A stretch of DNA of 64,000 nucleotides from Octopus vulgaris (GCA_951406725.2 OX597830.1:65162001-65226000); one strand, 5' to 3'; counted from the stretch's first letter, positions 28,583 through 42,480 are shown. Notes: generated from the letters alone by a model not told the origin. Program-made: numbers and translations.

Positions 28583-29090
28583 GTAAACATATAAATCCAT
28601 AAATGCCTGTATCTACATTTGTAACATTACTCCAAAGATTTTATAGAGGAACTTCCATTTCTCCCGCTTGTATTCACGATTGTACTCCTTCAGTGGTTAT
28701 CCAACATTCACACCCAAATGTCCCGCACAAAAACCGAACTGAAGCTAGGAAGTATTGTGTGGTGAGAGGGAAATTATTGGCGGACGGTGATGGCATCAGC
28801 TCCACCTTTCGTTGTATCTATGATTCTGGATAACTCACTGCCATACAGGTGTTCCACACACCCGATGAAGCGTCCAATCACGGCTGTTCCTGAAATATAT
28901 TCACCTCTAGAGAGTAATTATAAAGGATGATCTTCTAGAATGGTATTTGAATATAAACCCCGCAACTTAAAGCTGATGCGTGGTGCAGAAACAAATGGGT
29001 GAATTTTGATGTTAACACCTGCACGATTTTCATTAAGAAAAACAATTACGGAAGACTACCAAGAACATATACACACACACATATATATAT

Positions 29091-29144
<54 letters not shown>

Positions 29145-29322
29145 GCCACTACACATTCTTTATTTTCTCTCCTTGTTTCTTTCTGTATTCCTTTCTGTGG
29201 AAGAGCGTAGGCTCAAAATGTTAAAGACTTTTTCACTTCCCGAGTGTTATACTAATACATCTGTTTGTTGCCTACACCACCTGTCTTCGTCTTTTATTAT
29301 TTTTTTTGTGAATTCTCCCTAT
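29145..29322 (+). mobile_element. Penelope-like terminal fragment with decayed hammerhead-like motif (29191-29226)
   Basis: cttt-CTGTGGA-a-gagc-gtag-gctc-AAAA-tg-TT-aaag; homologous to 32120-32305 reversed. Confidence 0.6.
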
Positions 29323-29325
29323 ATA

Positions 29326-29628
29326 AAGCCTTGTGAGTGGATTTGGTAGACGGAAACTGAAAGAAGCCTGTCGTATATATGTATATATATATATGTATAT
29401 ATATGTGTGCGTGTATGTGTATGTGTGTGTGTGTTTGTCCCCCAAGCATTGCTTGACAACCGATGCTGGTGTGTTTACGTCTGCGTCACTTAGCGGTTCG
29501 GCAAAAGAGACCGATAGAATAAGTACTGGGCTTACAAAGAATAAGTCCCGGGGTCGATTTGCTCGACTAAAGGCGGTGTTCCAGCATGGCCGCAGTCAAA
29601 TGACTGAAACAAGTAAAAGAGTAAAAGA

Positions 29629-29630
<2 letters not shown>
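29326..29630 (+). mobile_element. SINE family B, 5'-truncated
   Basis: Starts at aagccttgtgagtggatttgg, intact 3' tail. Confidence 0.9.
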
Positions 29631-29701
<71 letters not shown>

Positions 29702-30148
29702 ATCGTCTTGGCTGAAAGGAAAATGGCTATAGCATCCCAATATTGGAACTCCCGGGTGAAGTACAACCATTTCATCTCCTCGTGACTCTTGATAGACTTC
29801 CGTAATTGCAGTCTTGGTAGTCTTCCGTAATTTTACTTTTCTTAGTGAAAATCGTGCGGGCGTTACTATCAAAATTTACCAACAAATGTTGTTATCTGCC
29901 ATTAAAGCTTGATATCCTGCGTCCTCGTGTTATATTATCCTTGTATTAATCTCATGCAAAGAGGATTTCTGCATGAGTAACCAACCCTGAAAAATACCCT
30001 ACTGTAGGATATCATGTAATAGCCAAATAACGAGGTTTTTAACCTGAATTATACGATATAAATGAATATGTATAAGTGTTTGTGTGTATGTAGGTATGTA
30101 TGTAAGTATGTATATATAATGTATGTATAGTACGTACATACGTATATA

Positions 30149-30714
30149 TTGGGTTGTCCGTAAAGCTCGTGCCAATTTATAGTAGCTTACCTTTCAACTT
30201 ATTTTAGAACACGTTTGAGTTCATAAAATAGGATTTGACTACACCTCCATTTAGTGCACAGTTTAAGCTATCATTTCGTGGAAGAAGGTTTATGTTCCTA
30301 TAACCTGAGTTAATTCAGTAACCCTTTAAAATGAAAGATAAGAAAGTTCGTTTTCGGCACTTGATGCTTTGAGATCCAGACAAAAATTGCAGCAGCTCGG
30401 CTGGGGTGTGTTACCCCACCCTCCATATTCACCAGATATTGCTCCTTCGGATTTCCACTTTTTTGGGTCTCTGCAGAATAGTCTTAATGGTAAAAATTTC
30501 AATTCCTTGGATGACGTAAAAAGATACCTTAATGAATTCTTTGCCATGAAACCACCTCAATTCTGGGAAGAGGGTATTTTCAAATTAAAGGAAAGATGGA
30601 GACGCATTGTGCAACAAAATGGTTCATATTTGGTTGATTAAAAATGTAATGGTAAGTATTTATTGACCTTTTTCTTTCCTTTAAAAATTGGCACGAACTT
30701 TCCGGACAACCCAA
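30149..30714 (+). mobile_element. Internally deleted mariner (DD34D) element
   Basis: TIRs ttgggttgtccgtaaagctcgtgccaattt / aaattggcacgaactttccggacaacccaa with TA flanks; ORF 30369-30641 VLPHPPYSPDIAPSDFHFF...WRRIVQQNGSY. Confidence 0.93.
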
Positions 30715-30990
30715 TATTTATGTATGCATGCATGTATGTGTTTGTCTGTGTCCCCAAATTAAATAAATTATACCATAAATGTAACAGTGAACAATTACAT
30801 AAATTCATTGGATCTTACATGAATGAAAAAATATATATATTTCCAATTATAAAAAATACTAAAAATTGAGTAAATAAATAAAACAAAAACTATAAAACAA
30901 ATTACGAAAATAACAATAACAAAGAAATGAAATAAGTAAGTAAATCGGAAAACAGAATTTCCCCTTTCCCTCCATTCTTCAGTGGCTTTG

Positions 30991-31374
30991 AGAAGCACTC
31001 CGTCGGTTACGACGATGAGGGTTCCGGTTGATCCGAATCAACGGAACAGCCTGCTCGTGAAATTAACGTGTAAGTGGCTGAGCACTCCACAGACACGTGT
31101 ACCCTTAACGTAGTTCTCGGGGATATTCAGCGTGACACAGAGAGTGACAGGGCCGGTCCCTTGAAATACAAGGTACAACAGAAACAGGAAGTAAGAGTGA
31201 GAGAAAGTTGGGGTGAAGGAGTACAGTAGGGATCACCATCATCCCTGTCGGAGACTCGTGGAGCGTTTAGGTGTTTTCGCTCAATAAACACTCACAACGC
31301 CCGGTCTGGGAATCGAAACCGCGATCCTATGACCGTGAGTCCGCTGCCCTAACCACTGGGCCATTGCGCCTCCA
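30991..31374 (-). mobile_element. SINE family A
   Basis: Reverse complement of family A; TSD tcagtggcttt at 30979-30989 and 31376-31386. Confidence 0.95.
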
Positions 31375-31909
31375 CTCAGTGGCTTTACTACACATATCTA
31401 CCATCACTTACCAGTTGTTTAAGCTCCTTTGCGGAAGCTGTAAAGTCATCGACAATCACGGCGTGAATCTACTCGATTGGATGAATGTTTATCTTGACGC
31501 TTTGAACTTTAATGTAGTACCTGAGTTTACTGAATTCAGCAATACAAATGAGAGGTTGCTTCATACATAAGTGGCCGAAAATTTCCTTTATGTGTTCTTC
31601 TTTCTTTGATCACAGAAATATACCTTCTTCGAATGCTACAAACAAAAACGCCATCCGAGAATAGAAGTGGTTCAATATGAAGGCGGTTTACAGATTTCTC
31701 GTTTGTTTGCTTAACCAAGCATGTCTTAACGAAAGGCTATACTCCAAAGACGCGCACACAGACACACACACACACGCACACGCACACGCACACACACACA
31801 CACACACACGCACACGTGCTAGAAACGCGTATATGTCTGTATATACATACATTTATATATTTAGAAATACTCATGCATATATGCATAAAGGTTTGGATAT
31901 ATACATAAA

Positions 31910-31955
<46 letters not shown>

Positions 31956-32088
31956 CATTTGTGTGTGTGTATATGTATATGTATGCACTGTATATATACA
32001 TATGTATGTGCGTATATGTATGTTTGTGTACATATATATATACATATATACATATAGATATGTATGTATGTATGTATCTATCTATCTA

Positions 32089-32119
<31 letters not shown>

Positions 32120-32127
<8 letters not shown>

Positions 32128-32305
32128 AAGGGAAAGTTTACGAAAATAAACAAAAGACGAAGGCAGGTGGAGTACAAACAAACAAATGTATTAGTATAGC
32201 GCTCAGGAATAGAAATAGAAAAAGTCCTCTACGTTTCGAGCCTACGCTTTTCGACAGAAAGATACATAGAAAAAAACAAGGAGAGAAACAAGGAGAGAAA
32301 AAATA
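32120..32305 (-). mobile_element. Penelope-like terminal fragment with hammerhead-like motif (32226-32261)
   Basis: Minus: cttt-CTGTCGA-a-aagc-gtag-gctc-GAAA-cg-TA-gagg; adjoins (TA)n. Confidence 0.6.
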
Positions 32306-32309
32306 TACA

Positions 32310-32340
<31 letters not shown>

Positions 32341-32474
32341 GTATATTTGACCTTATTGTAAAAATCGACACAGCTTAAGAAAACCTTCGCAGTAAAAAAA
32401 AAAGCACATGAAAGTTTGTTTAGATAAACTACGACCTAATTATAGTTCTTAAATCTGACAGACAGAAGCAGGTT

Positions 32475-32565
32475 GATGCGTTGGTATAACGGTAGCACCA
32501 TTCGTCGCGTAAACAACGAGGTGTGGGCTTGAGCCTCACGCGTACGGGGAAACCTACTTTTTTCT
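32475..32565 (+). other. Degenerate tRNA-like sequence (tRNA pseudogene or SINE head)
   Basis: A-box-like tggtataacggtagca, T-arm gtggg-cttgagc-ctcac, downstream T6 run; no valid anticodon arm. Confidence 0.35.
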
Positions 32566-32993
32566 GTCGATGGGGCTTATATGCCCATTATCAAACTATT
32601 TTCTTTAGGCATTGCGCGGTGATCGCTTATAAGCTTTAAGCTTATAAAATACTATTATTATTATTTAGAGAATATATCTATCTATCCGTCTATATATACA
32701 TATATATATATATGGAACTATTAGACCTGACACCGTGTATTAGACGGTGTTTTCAAAGCAATGAATAGCTTTGCAGAAACCATGGCACGCTTTGTTTTCT
32801 GACTTTATAATCATCTCATAATAATGACTTTTATGACTCGTATTACTACCTCAGTCAATCTAAATGTATATATTTGTCGTTACCTGTCATAAAAAGCCTT
32901 TTTTTATTTGCAATGTGCATTTTCGTTAATTTTTCATATTTTACCCTTACATTTCCACGTGTATTTTATATTTTCGTTTTGTAACATATTTCT

Positions 32994-33080
<87 letters not shown>

Positions 33081-33102
33081 GTGTGTGTGTGTGTGTGTGT
33101 GT

Positions 33103-33153
<51 letters not shown>

Positions 33154-34784
33154 TGTGTGTGTGTTTGTATGTTTGTATGTATATACGTATGTATATATAT
33201 TCGTGTAGATTTAAATATAAGTGCGTGCGTACGTGTGTGTGTGTGTGCGTGTATGTGTATGTGTGTGTCTATGCGTCTAGAAGAGTGCAAAATCAAACAT
33301 AGCCTCATATGGAAAGCAAATGCATATCGACGATTACCATGTTGTGATTATATCATAGCTTTCTGGAGTCTTTATAACCGTGACCTGGTTATGACGAGTA
33401 AATAAAGAATATTGAAGTGTTTAGGTTCTCACAACACCGGAATTAAGTACAATCTCGTAAATGCTGAAATTCCTGCCCTTCACAATTCGCACAACCCTGT
33501 ACTTTCTGCATTCATTTACACTCTGTCACACATTCTTTATCTTTGGCAATTTCTTGGCATCTTACTCTTATAAATTGTGTCATGCCATAAATGGTAATAT
33601 GCGAATGTTTTTTTGTTTTTTTGTTTGTTTTTTTGTCTTGCTGAATGTACTTTGACTTCGATGGCGTCAGTAAAGAGGTCGGGTCGTTAGGGTGAGATCC
33701 GGTGATTGAGGAGGTCTTCAGTTAAACCGCCTCCATATACTTAGCCACCAAAATCTATTGTTTAATCGTTTGTCAAGAGACTCACAAATCGCCGTCACAC
33801 ACAAAAAAAAAAAAACAAGAAAAAAGTGTGGAGGAGCAGAATGAATACTGCGACCCGTTCTACCGTTCAATGCCCAAGACTGGTATCCAACGATACTGAC
33901 CCCGAAGGGATGAAAAGAAAAGTTGACATCAGTAGGGGTTGAACTCAGAATGCAAGGAGTCCAGATAATTAATGCAAGGTATTTAGTTCAACGCTCTCTA
34001 ACATTTCTGCCAATTCAGCAGAACAGCATAAAAATGCGCTGTATTTTTTCCATCTCTTTACTTTCTGAGTTCAAATCATGCCGTGATCATCTCTTCTATT
34101 CATCCCTCCGGGGTCACAGTCAAGAGCTGGGATCGATGTAACCGGCTTGTCCCCTCCCACCAAAATTGCACCAAAGGAATGTTATCATTATTACATAAAA
34201 GATGAGAGGCAGAAAGGGACAGGTGTGGGGAAATGATATAAAAAGTATACAAAATATGTGAAGACATCTATGATGAGTCCTCCTAATACATGAGACCCGC
34301 CAGGTATGATCAAAGAAGGAACTTCACGGATCGAGGTCCAGCCTGACCACCAGCCCAGAAAGCCTCGGTCAACTATTTTTCTCCACTCTACACTTGCATA
34401 ATCAAAGTAGGTCCGTTCAGCCTAAACATCTTTGCCACAGTTACTCACCTTTTGATAAATTCACTGGGAGAGAGAGAGAGACAGAGAGACAGAGAGAGAC
34501 AGAGGGAAAGCACTTCCCTCTTTATCTTCACTTCTATTTCCAAAGGAAACCCTTCAACGTATGCCCCCGTGACGACAATATAAAAGAAATAGTTATTATT
34601 GGTATTATTATTTTCATCATCATCGTCGTCATCATCATCATCATCATCCTTTCGGGGTCGATGAAATATGTGCGAGTCAAGTACTGGGGGCGATGTAATT
34701 GACTTGTCCCCGACACCCAAATCTCAGGCCTTTTGCCCATAGTAGAAAACGATTATTATTATAATTTTTTTTTTTTAACATAGA

Positions 34785-34948
34785 GGAGACAAACAAGGAC
34801 AGAGAAACGAATTAAGTAGATTACATCGATCCAGTGCGTAACTGGTACTTAATTTATCGACCCCGAAAGGATGAAAGGCAAAGTCGACCTCGGCGGAATT
34901 TGAACTCAGAACGTAACGGCAGACGAAATACGGCTACGCATTTCACCC
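34785..34948 (-). mobile_element. SINE family C fragment
   Basis: ggtacttaatttatcgaccccgaaaggatgaaaggcaaagtcgacctcggcggaatttgaactc. Confidence 0.85.
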
Positions 34949-35837
34949 AAATATTATAACTATTTTTATCATCATCGTCATCAACGTCGTCGTTGTCATC
35001 ATCATCATCATCATCATAATCTACATCATCATCGGTATCCTCCACCACCTCCTTCTCCCCTCCTCCTCCACCTCATCATCATCATCATTAATATTTGCTA
35101 TTCTAGCGATTATCATTTAGTCGTCAACCTTTGTATCATTATATGGAGTTATTTACAATTTAATTAGTTTGTCTTTAGTTATTAATCATCTGCAATTAAG
35201 ACTGCGGACGGGAGAGATGTATGGTTTGTGGAAAAACTCTGGTGGATCGTTAAATAACAATGAATCAGGGATCGATCTTAGTGTTATGCTCTATTGGTCC
35301 TTTTGTAACTAAATACGATATCCTTGTGTACTCTATTAACTGAGTCCACCACCGCCGCCAGTGTCTGTCCGTTTGCTTTTGTATAACTGAAGTCAATGGT
35401 ACAACGGGGAAAATTGAATAGCAGGGCGGGCAAGATCAGTGAAAGCTGGACAGAACCAGTGAAGCAACGAACACATGCAAACATTCATACATACATATAC
35501 ACATACATATATATATATATACACATAGATTTATATATATACATACATGTTCACACATATAGTCATAGATACTTGGGAATATACATGCACGCATACATAT
35601 AATCATACGCGCGTACGTATATGAAGACACACGCACACACATATATATGCCCAGACACGGGTGCATACCTTCCTACCTACTTACATGCAAATATGCATTT
35701 ATTCATTCATTCATACATACATTCACACATAGATACATACATACATGCATATATACATACATGCATGCATGCATACATACATACATACATACATACATAC
35801 ATACATACATACATGCATGCATACATGCATACATACA

Positions 35838-35871
<34 letters not shown>

Positions 35872-35921
35872 CACACGTGCATGCTTGCGTACGTACGTAC
35901 ATGTATACATACACACATTGT

Positions 35922-36304
35922 GGAGGCGCAATGGCCCAGTGGTTAGGGCAGCGGACTCGCGGTCATAGGATCGCGGTTTCGATTCCCAGACCGGGCGTTG
36001 TGAGTGTTTATTGAGCGAAAACACCTAAAGCTCCACGAGGCTCCGGCAGGGGATGGTGGTGATCCCTGCTGTACTCTTTCACCACAACTTTCTCTCACTC
36101 TTACTTCCTGTTTCTGTCGTACCTGTATTTCAAAGGGCCGGCCTTGTCACTCTCTGTGTCACGCTGAATATCCCCGAGAACTACGTTAAGGGTACACGTG
36201 TCTGTGGAGTGCTCAGCCACTTACACGTTAATTTCACGAGCAGGCTGTTCCGTTGATTCGGATCAACCGGAACCCTCGTCGTCGTAACCGACGGAGTGTT
36301 TCCA
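35922..36304 (+). mobile_element. SINE family A
   Basis: Near-identical to 15582-15967. Confidence 0.95.
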
Positions 36305-36621
36305 CCACACATACACACATACATATGTATGTACATACAGTCATATTTATATGATAATTGCTTCATTTTGCCAGACGATAGCTGTTTCATTCAACCTATT
36401 GTTCTGATTTACTTTCATCCTTATATATGCCCGGATATCCACCGCCATAGCTCCATTTTGTATTTATTGAATTAATACGAAACGGACCAAGAAATGAAAT
36501 GGTAATGAGACATCTGAATGCCATTGGATTCATGTGACTAAAGATTATGTAACACTTTTGCCACTCTCTCCATTCTTATAGCAGGTTCCAGTGACAAGCA
36601 TTCGAAGATGACTGGTATCAT

Positions 36622-36893
36622 TTTGGAGTAAAGATTGTTTGCCAACGTAACATAGCAGTCCTGGTTTAGGACAAATGTTGCTGTAATTTAGCCCCAGGAG
36701 ACATCGTGTCCAGCTGGCTATACGACACGATCTGTGTCCTTATATTTTCAAACAAGGGGATCTGGAAAAAAATAAGGACACAGATCGTGTCGTATAGCCA
36801 GCTGGAGACGATATCGCCTGGGGCTAAATTACAGCAATATTCGTCCTAAACCAGGACTGCTATATTATGTTGGTAAACAATCTTTACTACAAA
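36622..36893. repeat. ~128-bp inverted repeat with ~15-bp spacer (foldback/MITE-like)
   Basis: Arms 36622-36749 and 36765-36893, about 10 mismatches; a diverged single arm lies at ~14700-14800. Confidence 0.85.
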
Positions 36894-37036
36894 GTACTGT
36901 TGCTGAATACCTCTCTTTGTGATATTTACATATAGTAATTTTCTAATTGTATAATTTTAACTGCAAATTTTATGCCAATCTAGGAGAGTTGTCTTCCTTG
37001 TGACTTTCTCAAAAATTATGGGAACCTCCTCTACTC

Positions 37037-38407
37037 ATACATACATACATACATACATACATACATACATACATACATTCATACATAAATACATGCATAC
37101 ATACACATACATACATACATGCATGCATACATACACACATACATACATACATACATACATACATACATACATACATACATACATACATACATACATACAT
37201 ACACACATACATACATACACACATACATACATACATACATACATACATACATACATACATACATACATACATACATACATACATACATAATGCATACATA
37301 CATACATACATACATACATACATACACACATACACACATACACACATACATACATACACACATACATACATACATACATACATACATGCATACATACACA
37401 CATACATACATACACACATACATACATACATACATACATACATACATACACACATACATACATACATACATACATAATGCATACATACATACATACATAC
37501 ACACATACACACATACATACATACACACATACATACATACATACATACATACATACATACATACATACACGCATACATACATACATACATACATACATAC
37601 ATACATACATACATACACACATACATACATACATACATAATGCATACATACATACATACATACATGCATACATACACGCATACATACATACACACATACA
37701 TACATACATACATACATACATACATTCATACATAAATACATGCATACATACACATACATACATACATGCATGCATACATACACACATACATACATACATA
37801 CATACATACATACATACATACATACATACATACATACATACATACATACACACATACATACATACACACATACATACATACATACATACATACATGCATA
37901 CATACATACATACATACATACATACATAATGCATACATACATACATACATACATACATACATACACACATACACACATACACACATACATACATACACAC
38001 ATACATACATACATACATACATACATACATACATACATACACACATACATACATACACACATACATACATACATACATACATACATACATACACACATAC
38101 ATACATACATACATACATAATGCATACATACATACATACATACACACATACACACATACATACATACACACATACATACATACATACATACATACATACA
38201 TGCATACATACACGCATACATACATACATACATGCATACATACATACATACATACATACACACATACATACATACATACATAATGCATACATACATACAT
38301 ACATACATGCATACATACATACATACATACATACACACATACATACATACATACATACATACACACATACATACATACACACATACATACATACATACAT
38401 ACATACA

Positions 38408-38436
<29 letters not shown>
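37037..38436. repeat. (CATA)n array with ~645-bp higher-order duplication
   Basis: Marker attcatacataaatacatg at 37077 and 37724; taatgcatac markers recur in register. Confidence 0.9.
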
Positions 38437-38438
<2 letters not shown>

Positions 38439-38690
38439 GCCTAACTGATAAGCTTGGATTTTCAGAAAATAAATCAACCAATTAGCCAGCACATTAGAAA
38501 TACAAACTGTAAGAGGAACAGTATTAATATGCAAGACTTTTTTCAAATGTAAAAGGTGACATCGGCTTTTTTGTTTGTTTGTTTGTTTTTGTTATCTACA
38601 TTCTAATCATGGAGGTTTTGTATTTTTGTTAGAAACCAACTCCTACCTCGGAGGAAGAATTTAAATGATTAAAAACAAAAGAAAACACAC
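38437..38690 (+). mobile_element. Old 3' fragment of R4/Dong-like element abutting (CATA)n
   Basis: CLTDKLGFSENK...EIQTVRGTVLICKTFF, homologous to 42591-42745; shared 3'UTR motif gttagaaacc. Confidence 0.65.
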
Positions 38691-39170
38691 ATGGTACAGA
38701 TCTTGTAGAAACAATCACTTGATATTGTTGCTTGGGTTCGCAAAAATAAAAGCATTTCTCTGTTGGCTGTGGAAGTCTGCTGTCCATTTAAAACACGAAT
38801 GTGGTGACAAAAATATTGAATGAAGACCTCATCTATGGAGAATTGATGTGGTGTGGTTTGAAAGTTCAGTACCCAAAACATTTAACTAATATCTATTATT
38901 CATATTGGAGTAACAGATAGGATATGTACCAGCTTCTCAAGATCAAAGTAGAAATTAACTTGGATTCCCAGAGAAAATGTACGTCCATAATTCATACGCT
39001 ACAAATGATCTTAAAATCTGGGGCAATGAAAATCTGAAAAGTCAGGATGAATGGTTGCGCTAATGAATAAGAAAAGACGAAAAGTATTTTTTTTTTATAT
39101 TTTGCGACCTTGCCACTGAGCTGGTAGCCAATGAAAATAAATGCTAAAATTCCAATCCAGAAGAAAAACC

Positions 39171-40283
39171 ATACGATATTTTGCATACCATTAACCCATC
39201 ATCTTTTTTTCTGTAACCGACCAACGGAACTTCCTTAACCTTGGCACATATCTTGATTCAATTGAAAACTCCAGTAGAATTTCCCCTTTTAGTTCCACGA
39301 CCTGTGGTAGCTAACATTATTATTCTGTCTTACTACTATGGCATATATAGCAGTAATCCAAGTCTTATTTGGGATTTTAATTTCACCGCTTCATTACCAC
39401 AATGATTTGCTCTAAAAGCTGCTTCTTTGCGATCATCTAAAAGGATAACTTACATATAAATACGTACACACGTACTTAAAGATATAAACACGACATTGCA
39501 TTCAGTCACACGAGCGTAAACGATTACTCATTCATTTCCGTAATAAATCCTATTCACAAAAACGTACCCCACTTATACAAACCCAGAAAAATATTCGTTA
39601 TCCTTTTAGATGATCGCAAAGAAGCGGCTTTTAGAGCAAATCATTTTGGAGCAAATCATGAAGCGGTGAAATAAAAACACAAATAAGACTTGGATTACTG
39701 CTATATATGCCATAGTAGTAAAACATGGAGGCGCAATGGCCCAGTGGTTAGAGCAGCGGACTCGCGGTTATAGGATCGCGGTTTCGATTCCCAGACCGGG
39801 CATTGTGAGTGTTTATTGAGCGAAAACACCTAAAAAGCTCCACGAGGCTCCGGCAGGGGATGGTGGTGATCCCTGCTGTACTCTTTCACCACAACTTTCT
39901 CTCACTCTTACTTCCTGTTTCTGTTGTACCTGTATTTCAAGGGGCCGGCCTTGTCACTCTCTCTGTCACGCTGAATATCCCCGAGAACTGCGTTAAGGGT
40001 GCACGTGTCTGTGGAGTGCTCAGCCACTTACACGTTAATTTCACGAGCAGGCTGTTCCGTTGATTCGGATCAACCGGAACCCTCATCGTCGTAACTGACG
40101 GAGTGCTTCCAAAAAAAAAGTAAGACAGAATAATAATGTTAGCTACCACAGGATGTGGAACTAAAAGGGGAAATTCTACTGGAGTTTTCAATTGAATCAA
40201 GATATGTGCCAAGGTTAGGGAAGTTCCGTTGGTCAGTTACAGAAGAAAAAGATGATGGGTTAATGGTATGCAAAATATCGTAT
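39171..40283. mobile_element. Foldback-type non-autonomous DNA element with ~280-bp inverted arms; right arm interrupted by SINE A
   Basis: Left arm 39171-39448 mirrors 39597-39725 plus 40120-40283; termini ta-cgatattttgcatacc / ggtatgcaaaatatcg-ta. Confidence 0.85.
39727..40119 (+). mobile_element. SINE family A with short A tail
   Basis: Family match; imperfect TSD gtaaaaca/gtaagaca. Confidence 0.95.
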
Positions 40284-40420
40284 CTATTAACAATTCAATG
40301 TGAATCAATGTTTCTCGCTGAAATATTGCTTGTCTCAGTAAGCTATGGTTTGTTGAGCTGAAAACACTGCTGCTCTTCTCGCAAAATCTACCAAAAGACC
40401 CTGCATAGCAAATAGCAATA

Positions 40421-40826
40421 TACTCTTTACTCTTTACTCTTTTACTTGTTTCAGTCATTTGACTGTGGCCATGCTGGAGCACCGCCTTTAGTCGAACAAA
40501 TCGACCCCGGGACTTATTCTTTGTAAGCCCAGTACTTATTCTATCGGTCTCTTTTGCCGAACCGCTAAGTGACGGGGACGTAAACACACCTGCATCGGTT
40601 GTCAAGCAATGCTTGGGGGACAAACACAGACACACAAACACACACATGCATATATATACATACATATATACGACAGGCTTCTTTCAGTTTCCGTCAACCA
40701 AATCCACTCACAAGGCATTGGTCGGCCCGAGGCTATAGCAGAAGACACTTGCCCAAGGTGCCACGCAGTGGGACTGAACCCGGAACCATGTGGTTGGTTA
40801 GCAAGCTACTTACCACACAGCCACTC
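40421..40826 (-). mobile_element. SINE family B
   Basis: Full-length family match. Confidence 0.92.
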
Positions 40827-40859
40827 AGTAGATTAGTATATTTTTGCCTTTTGGGATCG

Positions 40860-42480
40860 AGAAAATTTGTAAAACCATGAACCGTGATGAAAACAAAAAT
40901 GGAAACAATGACGCTGAGATAGAACTGCCGCCATTAGACGGAGATGAGGAAGTGATGTCGGAACAAACATAAATGAGGGATGCATACAGATCAAAACACT
41001 GCTGGCGGTAATATTGGAACAAATTCACATTTTACATTAACAAACCACTAAATGGAAGAATGGTTGTTACGACAAGAATCGATAGAGAGGAAGCCTAGTG
41101 ATTCGGTGTTATCAGTGATCGATTAAGTTGCTAAAGAATACCTAGCAAAAATGGAAGCTCCCAGCTTTTGGACGTTTCATGTCTTATTGTATTTTGATGC
41201 AATAACCGTTGGTCAACAGATGGGAATAACAGATCGATCGAAATAACACAGAATCAGAATGGATTACTTCTCTCCAAAAGAACGTCGATAAACTACGGAA
41301 AAATATCGGATAGCTGGAGACTATCATTTGATGTAAAGAGACTAATATATTCACCAATAACGAGCTCGATTTTGAGAGAGAGGGGGGGAGAGAGAGAGGG
41401 AGAGAGAGAATAACCAAAATCTATGGGAACTGTCGGTGAGAGACTCTCAGAAGTAAACTAATTGTCTTTAAATAAGAACAGTGATCAATAAGTCAAAAAC
41501 AGGAACATTTAGTAGATTCGGTGATGGTACTTCGCTTCTAAAAGGAGAGCTTTGTTGGCGAGAAATGTTTACGACTATTAATTGTAAGTTTACAATACGG
41601 AAGACTATATCGCTATTGTAGTAAAGGCTCCACTCTGAAATATTCTGAAATCATTCTAAGAAGGAATTTAGAGAGTAAATAAACATCGTTGCCGCATTGT
41701 CGATTGGTTAAATGAGCTACGGAATGGGCACAGTGTAAGCATCTCTCCTAAAACTTATGGAACCACAAGTGACGCTCTCCTGACACTTCTTGTAAAACTA
41801 CCGAATACAAAAACCTGCAAAAGCGTGACTTGATAAACAGTTATTGACATAGAAACTCGCTTTCTTAAACGAAGCTCTTGTCAAACGGGTCAAATTAAAA
41901 TGGGAGCTAGACTAGGTGCGCCAAACTAGCTGAGAGTTATACAAGCAATGTTACGTATAAACTGTACACCGGTTACTTACATGTAATTCTCAAGAGTTAC
42001 TGAAGTTATACGGTGACTGATGAGCAGAGAGGGGTGAAGAAAAGGGTCGGGAGCCGTGCTGAACAGTTTCTCGCCATCAAAAAACTCCTTAAATGAGTGA
42101 AGCAGCATCACCGAATCAATATATTGTATGGCTTTCCAAAACGGCTTTTGACTGGCCCTTGCTCTTAGTTACTAAAGTTACTGAGATCCATCTGCTATGG
42201 CCGATGCTATTGAAAGACTAACTACAACGTGGCCCATACGTCTATTAACTTGAACTGAGGTAACTTCCATAGCAAACAAATAATTTGTTTATCAGCAGGA
42301 ATACTCTTTTTACCCTTGCAGTGACTCCCTTGTCAACCTTGGAAATATCAAGGTGCATTTCAAGAAAGAACGAAGCAAAATGACAAACGTCTTTCAATCC
42401 AATCGATTATTGGAGAACATTTCTACATTCCCAAAGTATTCAATTTGAGATTACAAGAATAAACATATACCCAGAATCAA
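40860..42480 (+). mobile_element. Heavily decayed R4/Dong-like ORF (N-terminal and RT remnants)
   Basis: WITSLQKNVDKLRKNIG near 41260; AEQFLAIKKLL...VWL...AFD near 42060-42155 resembling RT motifs; many stops and frameshifts. Confidence 0.5.
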
